Shown in pieces: positions 24,201 to 35,900 of a stretch of 64,000 nt of DNA (position 1 is its first letter; every line of letters starts with the position of its first letter). The stretch covers positions 1-64,000 of the forward strand of contig JAUCBJ010008846.1 of the NCBI GenBank assembly GCA_032718475.1, given 5' to 3'. Source of the DNA: Nemertoderma westbladi. Lineage: Eukaryota; Animalia; Xenacoelomorpha. A program made the position numbers and the translations under genes. A model generated the notes under the pieces. That model saw only the letters and a list, made by a program, of their open reading frames with translations, did not search any database and had not been told where the DNA came from.

Positions 24201-25582
24201 CACACGTGAAGGCGTGTTTCCCATTTCTAAATCTAAGTAGGACCTCTATCCCTGAGTTGTATATGTTCGGACCTTCTAGTAGATAGTCGTTTAAGCATTT
24301 TCCGTTGGTCTTTGCCGATGCGTCAACTACCATCCGCAGTTTACCTTTCTTCGGGTCTAAAGCCACGTGGAGTGGTAGGTAATACGTCCTATCCGTGTTT
24401 GGTTCGTCGACCGGTAACTCCACGGCCCATCCTTTCTCGACGTACTTCTTAATCGTTCTGTGGATGTACTCATTCTTCTCGGGGCTCCGTTTTAGTGTCT
24501 GCTTCAGCTTGCGGAGCCTCGTGAGTACCATCCCTCTATTATCGGGCAGTGGTAGCTTCGGTAGCTTCCATACCATTCCTATGGTGTACCGCCCCTCGTC
24601 GCATTTCATAGACTCCTCTACGCTCTGCTGAGCCTGTTTGTCTTCCACCGAGGTCCCGACCCCGGTCTCCTTTAATCCTTCAAAATCCTGTCTGAGCAGT
24701 CTTTTAAGCTGCTCCTCTGCTCTCTCATCACTCATTTCCTGCATAGTTCCCGCGAACATGCATCCTGATGTCTCCGACATCCTAAATGGTATCTTGCTCT
24801 TGATTGGGCCACTCAGCGTCCACCCGAATGGTGTCAGTATCGCCACCGGGTCACACTGCTTGTCTTTGCCGAAGACCGTTTGCATTCTTTTGTGGGCCGT
24901 TGGGCAGTCCATTCCTACTATGATGGATACCTTCCTAACGTCCACCTCTGGGATTGAGAAGTCGATATCATCCAGAAATTTATATTGTTTGACCTCGATG
25001 TTGGTTGGCCGTCTGGCATTGATGTTTATTGACTCTATCACTTGGATGGGGTCGATGCTCGCCCCATAGTCGCATCCTGGTGCTATTGCTGCGATGGTGC
25101 ACCGTCCGGTTCTCATCTCCAGGACCTCATCTTTGCTGGAGATGGTTGTCACCGCCATTCTACTTGGCCTCGTTCTCAATCCTATTTCTTCGGCCACCCA
25201 ATCCTCGACTAATGTGAAAGCAGCTCCACTATCAACCAGCATTAGTGTTGTTACTGATCGATTGCCTTCTCCAATCACTCGCACAGGTACTACCCCAAGT
25301 AGCACCGTTCCTCTCTTCTTCGTCCCTACTGTGCTCATTGCCATCGTTTGGCCTTTCCTTTGACCGAACTTGACCGGCGTCTCCTTGCATTGCCTAGCTC
25401 TATGTCCACTCATCACACATCGCGAGCAGATCTCATTCCTCGCCGCATATTCTACCTGATCTTCCCTGGGTAGCGCTTGCCAGTATCTGCAGTTCATGGT
25501 TTGATGAAGCGCATTTGTATGTAGCTGGCATTTGCTCTTTGGGTCGTAGCCCTCCTTATACAGTGCATTGCGTATCGCAGCT

Positions 25583-27110
25583 TAAAATCTTTAAAGTCTT
25601 TAAAATACCTGAGTGTTTAAAGCTCATCTATCCCATCATAGTAGACATGTACCGTACAACAAGAGTCCCACAAGAAATGAAAACAAATAAGTTGGTGCCA
25701 GTTCCCAAGAAGGGCAACCTAACACTCTATGGTTCTTTTCGGGGAATCTCATTGATCTCGATTGCTGCAAAACTATACAATAGAATTCTATTAAATCGCA
25801 TCAGGGATCCCATTGAGAGACTGCTACGTGGAAATCAGAATGGGTTCCGTAAAGGTCGTGGGACCATGGAGCCCATTTTGGCACTTAGAAGGATAATTGA
25901 AGAGTTATCAAAAAAGAAAGACAGGCATCTGGCTGTTATCTTTGTTGACTTCTTCAAGGCCTTTGATTCAGTCTCTCGCTCACGTATGTTCAGCATACTT
26001 TCATTATATGGGATTCCTGATGAAATTATTGCAGCAATCAGATCAGTATACGATGGTTCGACAACATTTGTGTCTACTGTTGACGGTGACACAGAACCAT
26101 TTGAAGTGTTATGGGGCGTCCTCCAAGGAGACACACTTGCACCATTCTTGTTCATTATTGTGGTTGACTATGTTCTACGCATGTCCTTAGATCATCATAA
26201 TGATGATGGGGTGATGATAACTCCACCTACTGGCTCCAGAAGTCGAGGAAATCCTGCCAAGTACCTAACTGATCTAGACTTTGCTGATGACTTAGGAGTA
26301 CTCTCAGAATCATTAGAGGGAGCCCAGCGGCTCCTCAGCTCATTAGAACATGCTGCTTCTAGTGTTGGTCTTTTTATTAACTCCAGAAAGACCAAAATTC
26401 TGACAGTTAACTTTGAAAGTCCTCAGCAAGTCTCTGATCGGATGAGCATAAGCTCAAAGGATGGTATGCTTGAGCATGTGGACGACTTCTGTTACCTGGG
26501 ATCATGGATCCGGAAGTCAGGTGAGGACCTTCGAATACGTAAGGGAAAGGCATGGGCAGCCTTGAATAGGCTTTCCAGGATTTGGAAGTCACCTAGAATT
26601 AATCGGAAACTTAAGGTCCGATTATTTAGAGCAGCAGTAGTTCCAGTACTCCTCTACGGGAGTCCATGCTGGGCTCTAACTGCTGAGGACACCAAATCTC
26701 TGGATGGCACATTCACAAGAATGCTACGCCGGGTACATTGTGTCAAGTACAATGCTCACATCTCCAACCAGACACTATATAACATTGGAGGTGTCTCATT
26801 GGTTCCCCCAAGCTTGACACTAGAACAAAATCGCCTCCGCTTTGCAGGACATTGCTTTCGCCGTGAGGACCAGCCAGTGCATAATCTTGTACTTTGGCAG
26901 CCTCATGGAGTGAATAAGCATGGTGGACAGCCCATGACTTTCTTGAGACGCATCTTAAAGGACACTGGCCTTAAAGATGCGGATGATCTAGCAAATGTCA
27001 TGGGTGATAGGGAGTTGTGGCGGTGCAATTTTGTTGACAAGCCGGCACAGCATTCTTAAAAATGCAGCTGCAATGCAGCATGCCGATCCTAGTAGTAGTA
27101 GTAGTAGTAG
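25583..27110 (+). mobile_element. 5'-truncated RTE-clade LINE inserted in BEL gag, with target-site duplication
   Basis: TSD GTATCGCAGCT at 25572-82 and 27110-20; short 3' UTR and (TAG)7 tail. Confidence 0.95.
25595..27059 (+). CDS. Non-LTR (RTE-like) reverse transcriptase, N-terminally truncated, frame intact
   Basis: PKKG, FRGISLIS, QNGFRKGR, FVDFFKAFDSV, GVLQGDTLAPFLF, LDFADD, FCYLGS, VLLYGS..W and RLRFAGH motifs. Confidence 0.93.
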
Positions 27111-27318
27111 TATCGCAGCTGCGTTTGTACCAAAGTCCCTACTATTCTTATTGTTTGGGTTCGGCCTACTGGACGTACTGGGGTTATATTTATTCGTGTT
27201 GTTATTGTTCCCCTGTCCGTTCCATGGTGTGGTCTTACCTTCGGCTACCTGTGGACTTGCAGTCCCCTGCGTCGCTGCATATGGCAGTGATTGCCTGAGC
27301 TTCGGTAATGCGTTTGAC

Positions 27319-27335
27319 GTCCTTGCCCTGCTCAC
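27319..27335. repeat. 17-bp remnant of the 47-bp satellite between the two BEL elements
   Basis: GTCCTTGCCCTGCTCAC is an exact monomer substring in the same orientation as both arrays. Confidence 0.85.
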
Positions 27336-27610
27336 TGTCGTACATGTATCAACCAATTACTTGGTTGTAATGGAAAATGATCTTTTAATGTAAAACTTTA
27401 CTGTTTTCTTGATAATATAAATGTTAATTAATCTACACAAATCCCGTCACCTCAATACTTCATATATCAAATTAATTATAGTATGAGTCGAACACATGTT
27501 GGCACATAAAGTGGTACTGTAACTTGTATCATATTGTTTGCATAGTAAATCAATTAATGTAAGTGTGAGGTATGATCTCATAAGTGGATAAAATAATATA
27601 TTGCACGACA
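27336..27610 (-). repeat. 3' LTR of BEL element 2 (275 bp)
   Basis: Inverted termini TGTCGT...ACGACA with adjacent PPT. Confidence 0.8.
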
Positions 27611-27887
27611 CTCCTCCCTTGCATATCATGCAAAATCTAAATCAATAAAATAATTACATAACACTACTGTACTGATATGATTTATCCCTCAACACAATAA
27701 ATAAATTCTACAGTACATAATTGTAAATTGAAAGTAATTTTCATTTACAGTACTACATAAGCTTACATACGTTTCCGCTATATAAACAATAATCTTACTT
27801 GTATAATACTAAGTAGAACACAATTATTCACTAAATATATGATAAAGTTACATAATCCAACTCGAATTTGTTCAATACTGTATGTAA

Positions 27888-29930
27888 TTATTTTGCATTG
27901 TAAAATCCTGGTTTTATTTTTCTCTTAGCCAAGCGTGAAAGACGAGAATTGTCAGTTATGATCGCTGTCTCATCGTTTGTTATCTTATTTTCTACTGGAA
28001 GAACTGGCTTGAGATTATCTTTATCTGGTTTAATAGTCGTGTCAGTTGGTTTGTCCGCTGTTATTTCCAATGGAATAACATAACGTATGGAACGAGTAAG
28101 AAGTCTTGCTTCCCGACCTCTTTCAGCAACATTTACTGTTATTGCGCGAATAACTCCATCACGACTTACTATCAACTTGTTAACCATACACAACTTCCAG
28201 AGACATCTTGGAAGTTTTTCATCAAGAAGTAAACACATATCTCCAACCTTAGGGATGATTGTGTTCCTGTTATTGTGATTTTGGGAACGATGGTGTTGCC
28301 GAAGTTCTGCGACGTATTCTTCACGAAATAATTTCCAATATAAATTGGACGCTCTTTCTTGATATTTAAGTCGATTTATAAGATTCGTTCGAGACAAATC
28401 TAGATTAATTGATTTTACGGTAGGGGATGGAAGTGCACAGAGTCTTTTTCCTACCAAGAAATGGCTGGGTGTCAATATCTGGTAATTTTCTTTGCTGTCG
28501 CTATAAATAAAGGTTAGTGGTCTGCTATTAACAACTGCCTCACATGATGTAAGTACAGTACGAATTTCCTCTTCAGTTAAAACTGCTCTCCCTAACGTCT
28601 TGCGAAGAACTCCTTTGGTCACACCGACCAAACGCTCTATAAAGCCATATGCCGCCGGGTAGCGTTCTACATTAAATACCCATTTTGTTAAGAGTTCTCC
28701 AAACTCCTTGCGTACTATGTCACTGTCAAGAAATTTGTTATAGAGTTTGATATCTGCTGCTGATCGTTTGAATGTAGAAGCATTGTCACTAAAAATTAAT
28801 GATGGAACTCCACGTCTTGCTATAAATCGCCGGAATGCACTGATAAATGCTGCAACACTTAAGCTGGTCACGAGTTCCAAGTGCACTGCTCTTACTACGG
28901 CACAAGTGAACAGACATATATAAACCTTAAATGTTGAACCAATCGGATCGGAAAGAGATCTAACTGCCATCACTGGTCCTGCAAAATCTATCCCGACATT
29001 AGTAAAGGGACTTGTGTCGATAGTCATGCGTTCAATGGGCAAAGGACTTGTTTCCTGTTTTGTATAAGGTCTGCCTTGTATTCTTTTACAGGTTACACAG
29101 TTTCGTAAAACATTCTTAATGACTTGACGCGCTCGGGGGATCCAATATCTTTCCCGTATTTGTACCAGCGTGTCTCTTACACGTGAATGCATAACTTTAT
29201 GATGAGCATTTAAAATTACTAGCTTAGTGAAATGATCTTTCGGTGGGAGTAGTATTGGATTTTGAGCCTGCCATGTTAAGTATGGGGTCTGTGCTCTACC
29301 TTTGGAGCGTAATACACCTTGGTGGTCAATAAATAAGTTTAATTGCTTAATAATGTTTGGACATCGACCACGTTTCGGTTGTTGCAAGTATTCTAATTCT
29401 GGTTTATAATGTTCTAATTGTATCATTCGAAGTAGTGTAATTTCCGCTTGAGTCATTTCTTCTGCCGAAGGAACTACACTTAGGGAAAGCGGATGTTTGT
29501 GTATGCTTGCTCGAATGTTGCTCACAAACCTGAGCACCCACGCAAGCTTTCGTATAATTACAGTATGATTGCTATAATTGGAGTATGGGAAACAATTGCT
29601 AATAACTTCATCGGGTGATTTAATGGTCGTAACAGCTACAATGGATGATTTGAATTCCTTTAGACAATCTTGGGATACCTCTATTGGATCTATAACTAAT
29701 TTGTTCGGCCAAGTTTCCTCTTCTGCGCTTAAGAACTTTGGGCCATTGAACCAAGTAGTTGCCTTTATGAGTTGTTCTACTGTCATACCTCTTGTGGGTA
29801 AGTCGGCGGATTTTGTATTCCTGGACAAAACCGCCACTGTCCTTTCAATTGTTGAGTTAATGAACGTATCTCCGGAACCCTGGATTGAACCCACTGTTTG
29901 CAGTTTGAACTAGTCGCTTTTATCCAGTAA
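27888..29930 (-). pseudogene. BEL/Pao RNase H C-terminus plus integrase (truncated; frameshift near 29808)
   Basis: An alternative frame gives LYWIKA...WVQSRV.EIR...WRFCPGIQNP, joining ADLPTRG after a 1-bp deletion. HHKVMH/CVTC zinc finger, GIDFAGP, SDNASTF, ERLVG, NSRPL and LTPSHFL are present. Confidence 0.93.
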
Positions 29931-29936
29931 AGTTAT

Positions 29937-32900
29937 CCATTCTTCAATGTTCCTTCCTGGTGCTGTCCTTGCCCAGCTCACTCCCACCCTTCACTGTTCC
30001 TTCCTGGTGCTGTCCTTGCCCTACTCACTCCCACACTTCACTGTTCCTTCCTGGTGCTGTCCTTGCCCTTTTCCCTCATGGTGCTGTCCTTGCCCAGCTC
30101 ACTCCCATCCTTCACTTTTCCGTCCTGGTGCTGTCCTTGCCCTGCTCACTCCCACCCTTCACTGTTCCACCCTGGTGCTGTCCTTGCCCTGCTCACTCCC
30201 ACCCTTCACTGTTCCACCCTGGTGCTGTCCTTGCCCTGCTCACTCCCACCCTTCACTGTTCCTTCCTGGTGCTGTCCTTGCCCTACTCACTCCCACACTT
30301 CACTGTTCCTTCCTGGTGCTGTCCTTGCCCTACTCACTCCCATTCTCCATTGTTCCCTCATGGTGCTGTCCTTGCCCTGCTCACTCCCACCCTTCACTGT
30401 TCCGTCCTGGTGATGTCCTTGCCCTACTCACTCCCACACTTCACTGTTCCTTCCTGGTGCTGTCCTTGTCCTTTTCCCTCATGGTGCTGTCCTTGCCCTA
30501 CTCACTCCCACACTTCACTGTTCCTTCCTGGTGCTGTCCTTGCCCTTTTCCCTCATGGTGCTGTCCTTGCCCTGCTCACTCCCACCCTTCACTGTTCCGT
30601 CCTGGTGCGGTCCTTGCCCTACTCACTCCCACACTTCACTGTTCCTTCCTGGTGCTGTCCTTGCCCTTTTCCCTCATGGTGCTGTCCTTGCCCAGCTCAC
30701 TCCCACCATTCACTGTTCCTTCCCTGTGCTGTCCTTGCCCTACTCACTCCCATTCTCCATTTTTCCCTCATGGTGCTGTCCTTGCCCTGCTCACTCCCAC
30801 ACTTCACTGTTCCGTCCTGGTGCTGTCCTTGCCCTGCTCACTCCCACCCTTCACTGTTCCTTCCTGGTGCTGTCCTTGCCCTGCTCACCCCCACCCTCCA
30901 CGGTTCCTTCCTGGTGCTGTCCTTGCCCTACTCACTCCCATTCTCCATTGTTCCCTCATGGTGCTGTCCTTGCCCTGCTCACTCCCACCCTTCACTGTTC
31001 CGTCCTGGTGATGTCCTTGCCCTACTCACTCCCACACTTCACTGTTCCTTCCTGGTGCTGTCCTTGCCCTTTTCCCTCATGGTGCTGTCCTTGCCCTACT
31101 CACTCCCACACTTCACTGTTCCTTCCTGGTGCTGTCCTTGCCCTTTTCCCTCATGGTGCTGTCCTTGCCCTGCTCACTCCCACCCTTCACTGTTCCGTCC
31201 TGGTGCTGTCCTTGCCCTGCTCACTCCCACCCTTCACTGTTCCTTCCTGGTGCTGTCCTTGCCCTACTCGCTCCCACACTTCACTGTTCCTTCCTGGTGC
31301 TGTCCTTGCCCTTTTCCCTCATGGTGCTGTCCTTGCCCTACTCACTCCCACACTTCACTGTTCCTTCCTGGTGCTGTCCTTGCCCTTTTCCCTCATGGTG
31401 CTGTCCTTGCCCTGCTCACTCCCACCCTTCACTGTTCCGTCCTGGTGCTGTCCTTGCCCTGCTCACTCCCACCCTTCACTGTTCCTTCCTGGTGCTGTCC
31501 TTGCCCTACTCACTCCCACACTTCACTGTTCCTTCCTGGTGCTGTCCTTGCCCTTTTCCCTCATGGTGCTGTCCTTGCCCTACTCACTCCCACACTTCAC
31601 TGTTCCTTCCTGGTGCTGTCCTTGCCCTTTTCCCTCATGGTGCTGTCCTTGCCCTGCTCACTCCCACCCTTCACTGTTCCGTCCTGGTGCTGCCCTTGCC
31701 CTGCTCACTCCCACCCTTCACTGTTCCTTCCTGGTGCTGTCCTTGCCCTACTCACTCCCACACTTCACTGTTCCTTCCTGGTGCTGTCCTTGCCCTTTTC
31801 CCTCATGGTGCTGTCCTTGCCCAGCTCATTCCCACCATTCACTGTTCCTTCCCTGTGCTGTCCTTGCCCTACTCACTCCCATTCTCCATTTTTCCCTCAT
31901 GGTGCTGTCCTTGCCCTGCTCACTCCCACACTTCACTGTTCCGTCCTGGTGCTGTCCTTGCCCTGCTCACTCCCACACTTCACTGTTCCGCCCTGGTGCT
32001 GTCCTTCCCTGCTCACTCCCATCCTTCACTGTTCCATCCCGGTGCTGTCCTTGCCCTGCTCACTCCCACCCTTCACTGTTCCGTCCTGGTGATGTCCTTG
32101 CCCTGCTCACTCCCATTCTCCATTGTTCCCTCATGGTGCTGTCCTTGCCCTGCTCACTCCCACACTTCACTGTTCCTTCCTGGTGCTGTCCTTGCCCTGC
32201 TCACTCCCACCCTTCACTGTTCCTTCCTGGTGCGGTCCTTGCCCTGCTCACTCCCACCCTCCACGGTTCCTTCCTGGTGATGTCCTTGCCCTGCTCACTC
32301 CCATTCTCCATTGTTCCCTCATGGTGCTGTCCTTGCCCTGCTCACTCCCACCCTTCACTGTTCCGTCCTGGTGATGTCCTTGCCCTGCTCACTCCCACCC
32401 TTCACTGTTCCTTCCTGGTGCTGTCCTTGCCCTGCTCACCCCCACCCTCCACGGTTCCTTCCTGGTGATGTCCTTGCCCTGCTCACTCCCATTCTCCATT
32501 GTTCCCTCATGGTGCTGTCCTTGCCCTGCTCACTCCCACCCTTCACTGTTCCGTCCTGGTGATGTACTTGCCCTGCTCACTCCCATTCTCCATTGTTCCC
32601 TCATGGTGCTGTCCTTGCCCTGCTCACTCCCACACTTCACTGTTCCTTCCTGGTGCTGTCCTTGCCCTGCTCACTCCCACCCTTCACTGTTCCTTCCTGG
32701 TGCTGTCCTTGCCCTGCTCACTCCCATTCTCCATTGTTCCCTCATGGTGCTGTCCTTGCCCTGCTCACTCCCACCCTTCACTGTTCCTTCCTGGTGCTGT
32801 CCATGCCCTGCTCACTCCCACACTTCACGGTTCCTTCCTGGTGATGTCCTTGCCCTGCTCACTCCCATTCTCCATTGTTCCTTCCTGGTGCTGTCCTTGC

Positions 32901-35900
32901 CCTGCTCAATCCCACCCTTCACTGTTCCGTCCTGGTGCTGTCCTGGCCCTGCTTACTCCCACCCTTCACTGTTCCTTCCTGGTGCTGGCCTTGCCCTTCT
33001 CACTCCCACCCTTCACTCTTCCTTCCTGGTGCTGTCCTTGCCCTGCTCACTCCCACCCTTTACTGTTCCCTCATGGTGCTGTCCTTGCCCTGTTCACTCC
33101 CACCCTTTACTGTTCCCTCATGGTGCTGTCCTTGCCCTGCTCACTCCCACACTTCACTGTCCCCTCCTGATGATGTCCTTGCCCTGCTCAATCCCACCCT
33201 TTACTGTTCCCTCCTGGTGCTATCCTTGCCCTGCTCACTCCCACCCTTTACTGTTCCCTCATGGTGCTGTCCTTTCCCTGCTCACTCCCACCCTTCACTG
33301 TTCCCTCCTGGTGATGTCCTTGCCCTGCTCACTCCCACCCTTTACTGTTCCCTCATGGTGCTTTCCTTGCCCTGCTCACTCCCACCCTTCACTGTTCCTT
33401 CCTGGTGCTGTCCTTGCCCTGCTTACTCCCACCCTTCACTATCCCCTCCTGGTGCTGTCCTTGCCCTGCTCGCTCCCACCCTTTACTGTTCCTTCCTGGT
33501 GCTGTCCATGCCCTGCTCACTCCCATCCTTCACTGTTCCGTCCTGGTGCTGTCCTTGCCCTGTTCACTCCCACCCTTCACTGTTCCGTCCTGGTGCTGTC
33601 CTTGCCCTGCTCACCCCCACCCTCCACGGTTCCTTCCTGGTGATGTCCTTGCCCTACTCACTCCCATTCTCCATTGTTCCCTCATGGTACTGTCCTTGCC
33701 CTGCTCACTCCCACTCTTCACTGTGCCTTCCTGGTGCTGTCCTTGCCCTGCTCAATCCCACCCTTCACTGTTCCTTCCCGGTGCTGTCCTTGCCCTGCTC
33801 ACTCCCATCCTTGACTATTCCGTCCTGGTGCTGTCCTTGCCCTGCCCACTCCCACCTTTACCCATCCTTAACTGTTCCGTCCTGGTGCTGTCCTTGCCCT
33901 GCTCACTCCCATCCTTCACTGTTCCGCCCTGATGCTGTCCTTGCCCTGCTCACTCCCATCCTTCACTGTTCCGTCCTGGTGCTGTCATTGCCCTGCACTC
34001 TCCCATCCTTCACTGTTCCGTCCTGGTGCTGTCCTTGCCCTGTTCACTCCCACCCTTCACTGTTTCGTCCTGGTGCTGTCCTTGCCCAGCTCACTCCCAC
34101 CCTTCACTGATCCTTCCTGGTGCTGTCCTTGCCCTACTCACTCCCATTCTCCATTGTTCCCTCATGGTGCTGTCCTTGCCCTGCTCACTCCCACACTTCA
34201 CTGTTCCTTCCTGGTGCTGTCCTTGCCCTGCTCAATCCCACCCTTCACTGTTCCGTCCTGGTGCTGTCCTTGACCTGCTTACTCCCACCCTTCACTGTTC
34301 CTTCCTGGTGCTGGCCTTGCCCTTCTCACTCCCACTCTTCACTCTTCCTTCCCGGTGCTGTCCTTGCCATTTTCCCTCCTGGTGCTGTCCTTGCCCTGCT
34401 CACTCCCACCCTTCACTGTTCCTTCCTGGTGCTGTCCTTGCCCTGCTCACTCCCACCCTTCACTGTTCCTTCCCTGGTGCTGTCCTTGCCCTACTCACTC
34501 CCATTCTCCATTGTTCCCTCATGGTGCTGTCCTTGCCCTGCTCACTCCCACACTTCACTGTTCCTTCCTGGTGCTGTCCTTGCCCTGCTCACTCCCACCC
34601 TTCACTGTTCCGTCCTGGTGCTGTCCTTGCCCTGCTTACTCCCACCCTTCACTGTTCCTTCCTGGTGCTGGCCTTGCCCTTCTCACTCCCACTCTTCACT
34701 CTTCCTTCCCGGTGCTGTCCTTGCTCTGCTAACTCCCATCCTTGACTGTTCCATCCTGGTGCTGTCCTTGCCCTGCTCACTCCCACCCTTCACTGTTCCC
34801 TCCTGGTGCTGTCCTTGCCCTGCTCACTCCCACCCTTCACTGTTCGGTCCTGGTGCTGTCCTTGCCCTGCTTACTCCCACCCTTCACTGTTCCTTCCTGG
34901 TGCTGTCCTTGCCCTGCTCACTCCCACCCTTCACTGTTCCTTCCTGGTGCTATCCTTGCCCTGATTACTCCCACCCTTCACTGTTCCCTCCTGGTGCTGT
35001 CGTTGCCCTCCTCACTTCCATCCTTCACTGTTCCGTCCCGGTGCTGTCTTTGCCCTGCTCGCTCCCACCCTTCACTGTTACTTCCTAGTGCTGTCCTTGC
35101 CCTGCTCACTCCCACCCTTCACTGTTCCTTCCTGGTGCTGTCCTTGCACTGCTCACTCCCACCCTTCACTGTTCCACCCTGGTGATGTCCTTGCCCTGCT
35201 CACTCCCATCCTTCACTGTCCCGTCCCGGTGCTGTCCTTGCCCTGCTCGCTCCCACCCTTCACTGTACCTTCCTCGTGCTGTCATTGCCCTGCTCACTCC
35301 CACCCTTCACTGTACCTTCCTCGTGCTGTCATTGCCCTGCTCACTCCCACCCTTCACTGTTCCTTCCTGGTGCTATCCTTGCACTGATCACTCCCACCCT
35401 TCACTGTTCCCTCCTGGTGCTGTCCTTGCCCTTTTCCCTCCTAGTGCTGTCCTTGCCCTGCTCACTCCCACCCTTCACTGTTCCACCCTGGTGCTGTCCA
35501 TGCCCTGCTCACTCCCATCCTTCACTGTTCCGTCCCGGTGCTGTCCTTGCCCTGCTCGTTCCCACCCTTCACTGTTCCTTCCTGGTGCTGTCCTTGCCCT
35601 GCTCACTCCCAACCCTTCACTGTTCCGTCCCGGTGCTGTCCTTGCCCTGCTCGTTCCCTCCCTTCACTGTTCCTTCCTGGTGCGGTCCTTGCCCTGCTCA
35701 CTCCCATTCTTCACTGTTCCGTCCCGGTGCTGTCCTTGCCCTGCTCGCTCCCACCCTTCCCTGTTCCTTCCTGGTGCTGTCCTTGCCCTGCTCACTCCCA
35801 TCCTTCACTGTTCCTTCCTGGTGCTGTCCGTGCCCTGCTCACTCCCACCCTTCACTGTTCCTTCCTGGTACTGTCCTTGCCCTGCTCACTCCCACCCTTC

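Larger units (their letters stand above)
16491..27318 (-). mobile_element. BEL/Pao LTR retrotransposon 1, 5'-truncated, with extra cargo ORF; interrupted by an RTE LINE
   Basis: Gag knuckles, protease, RT, RNase H and integrase occur in BEL order, followed by PPT and a TG..CA LTR. The 5' LTR and gag N-terminus are missing and replaced by satellite at 27319. Confidence 0.95.
21316..27318 (-). pseudogene. BEL/Pao gag-pol polyprotein, inactivated by two in-frame stops and an RTE insertion
   Basis: CQLHTNALHQTMNC and CSRCVMSGHRARQC knuckles, protease LVDSGA, RT DIEGMFNQV and FYVDD, RNase H FSDAS, WTDS and NPADLLSRG, integrase CQTC, GVDMFGP, SDSGTNF and ERLV. TAG at 23554-56 and TGA at 21928-30 are in frame with continuing sequence. 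Removing 25583-27120 joins ...DFGTNAAAI to RNALYKEG... in frame. Confidence 0.95.
27336..29935 (-). mobile_element. BEL/Pao LTR retrotransposon 2 (different, AT-rich family), 3' portion only
   Basis: End of RNase H plus integrase, 3' UTR, PPT AAGGGAGGAG (27611-20, minus strand) and LTR. Truncated by satellite at about 29936. Confidence 0.93.

Noticed and set aside
25515-25582. N-terminus of the 514-aa RT ORF
   Set aside because: It lies upstream of the TSD and is antisense BEL gag sequence; the LINE is 5'-truncated.
17616-29913. + strand ORFs overlapping BEL genes (e.g. 18310-19068, 21563-22162, 24638-25069)
   Set aside because: Antisense shadows of minus-strand coding sequence with no motifs.
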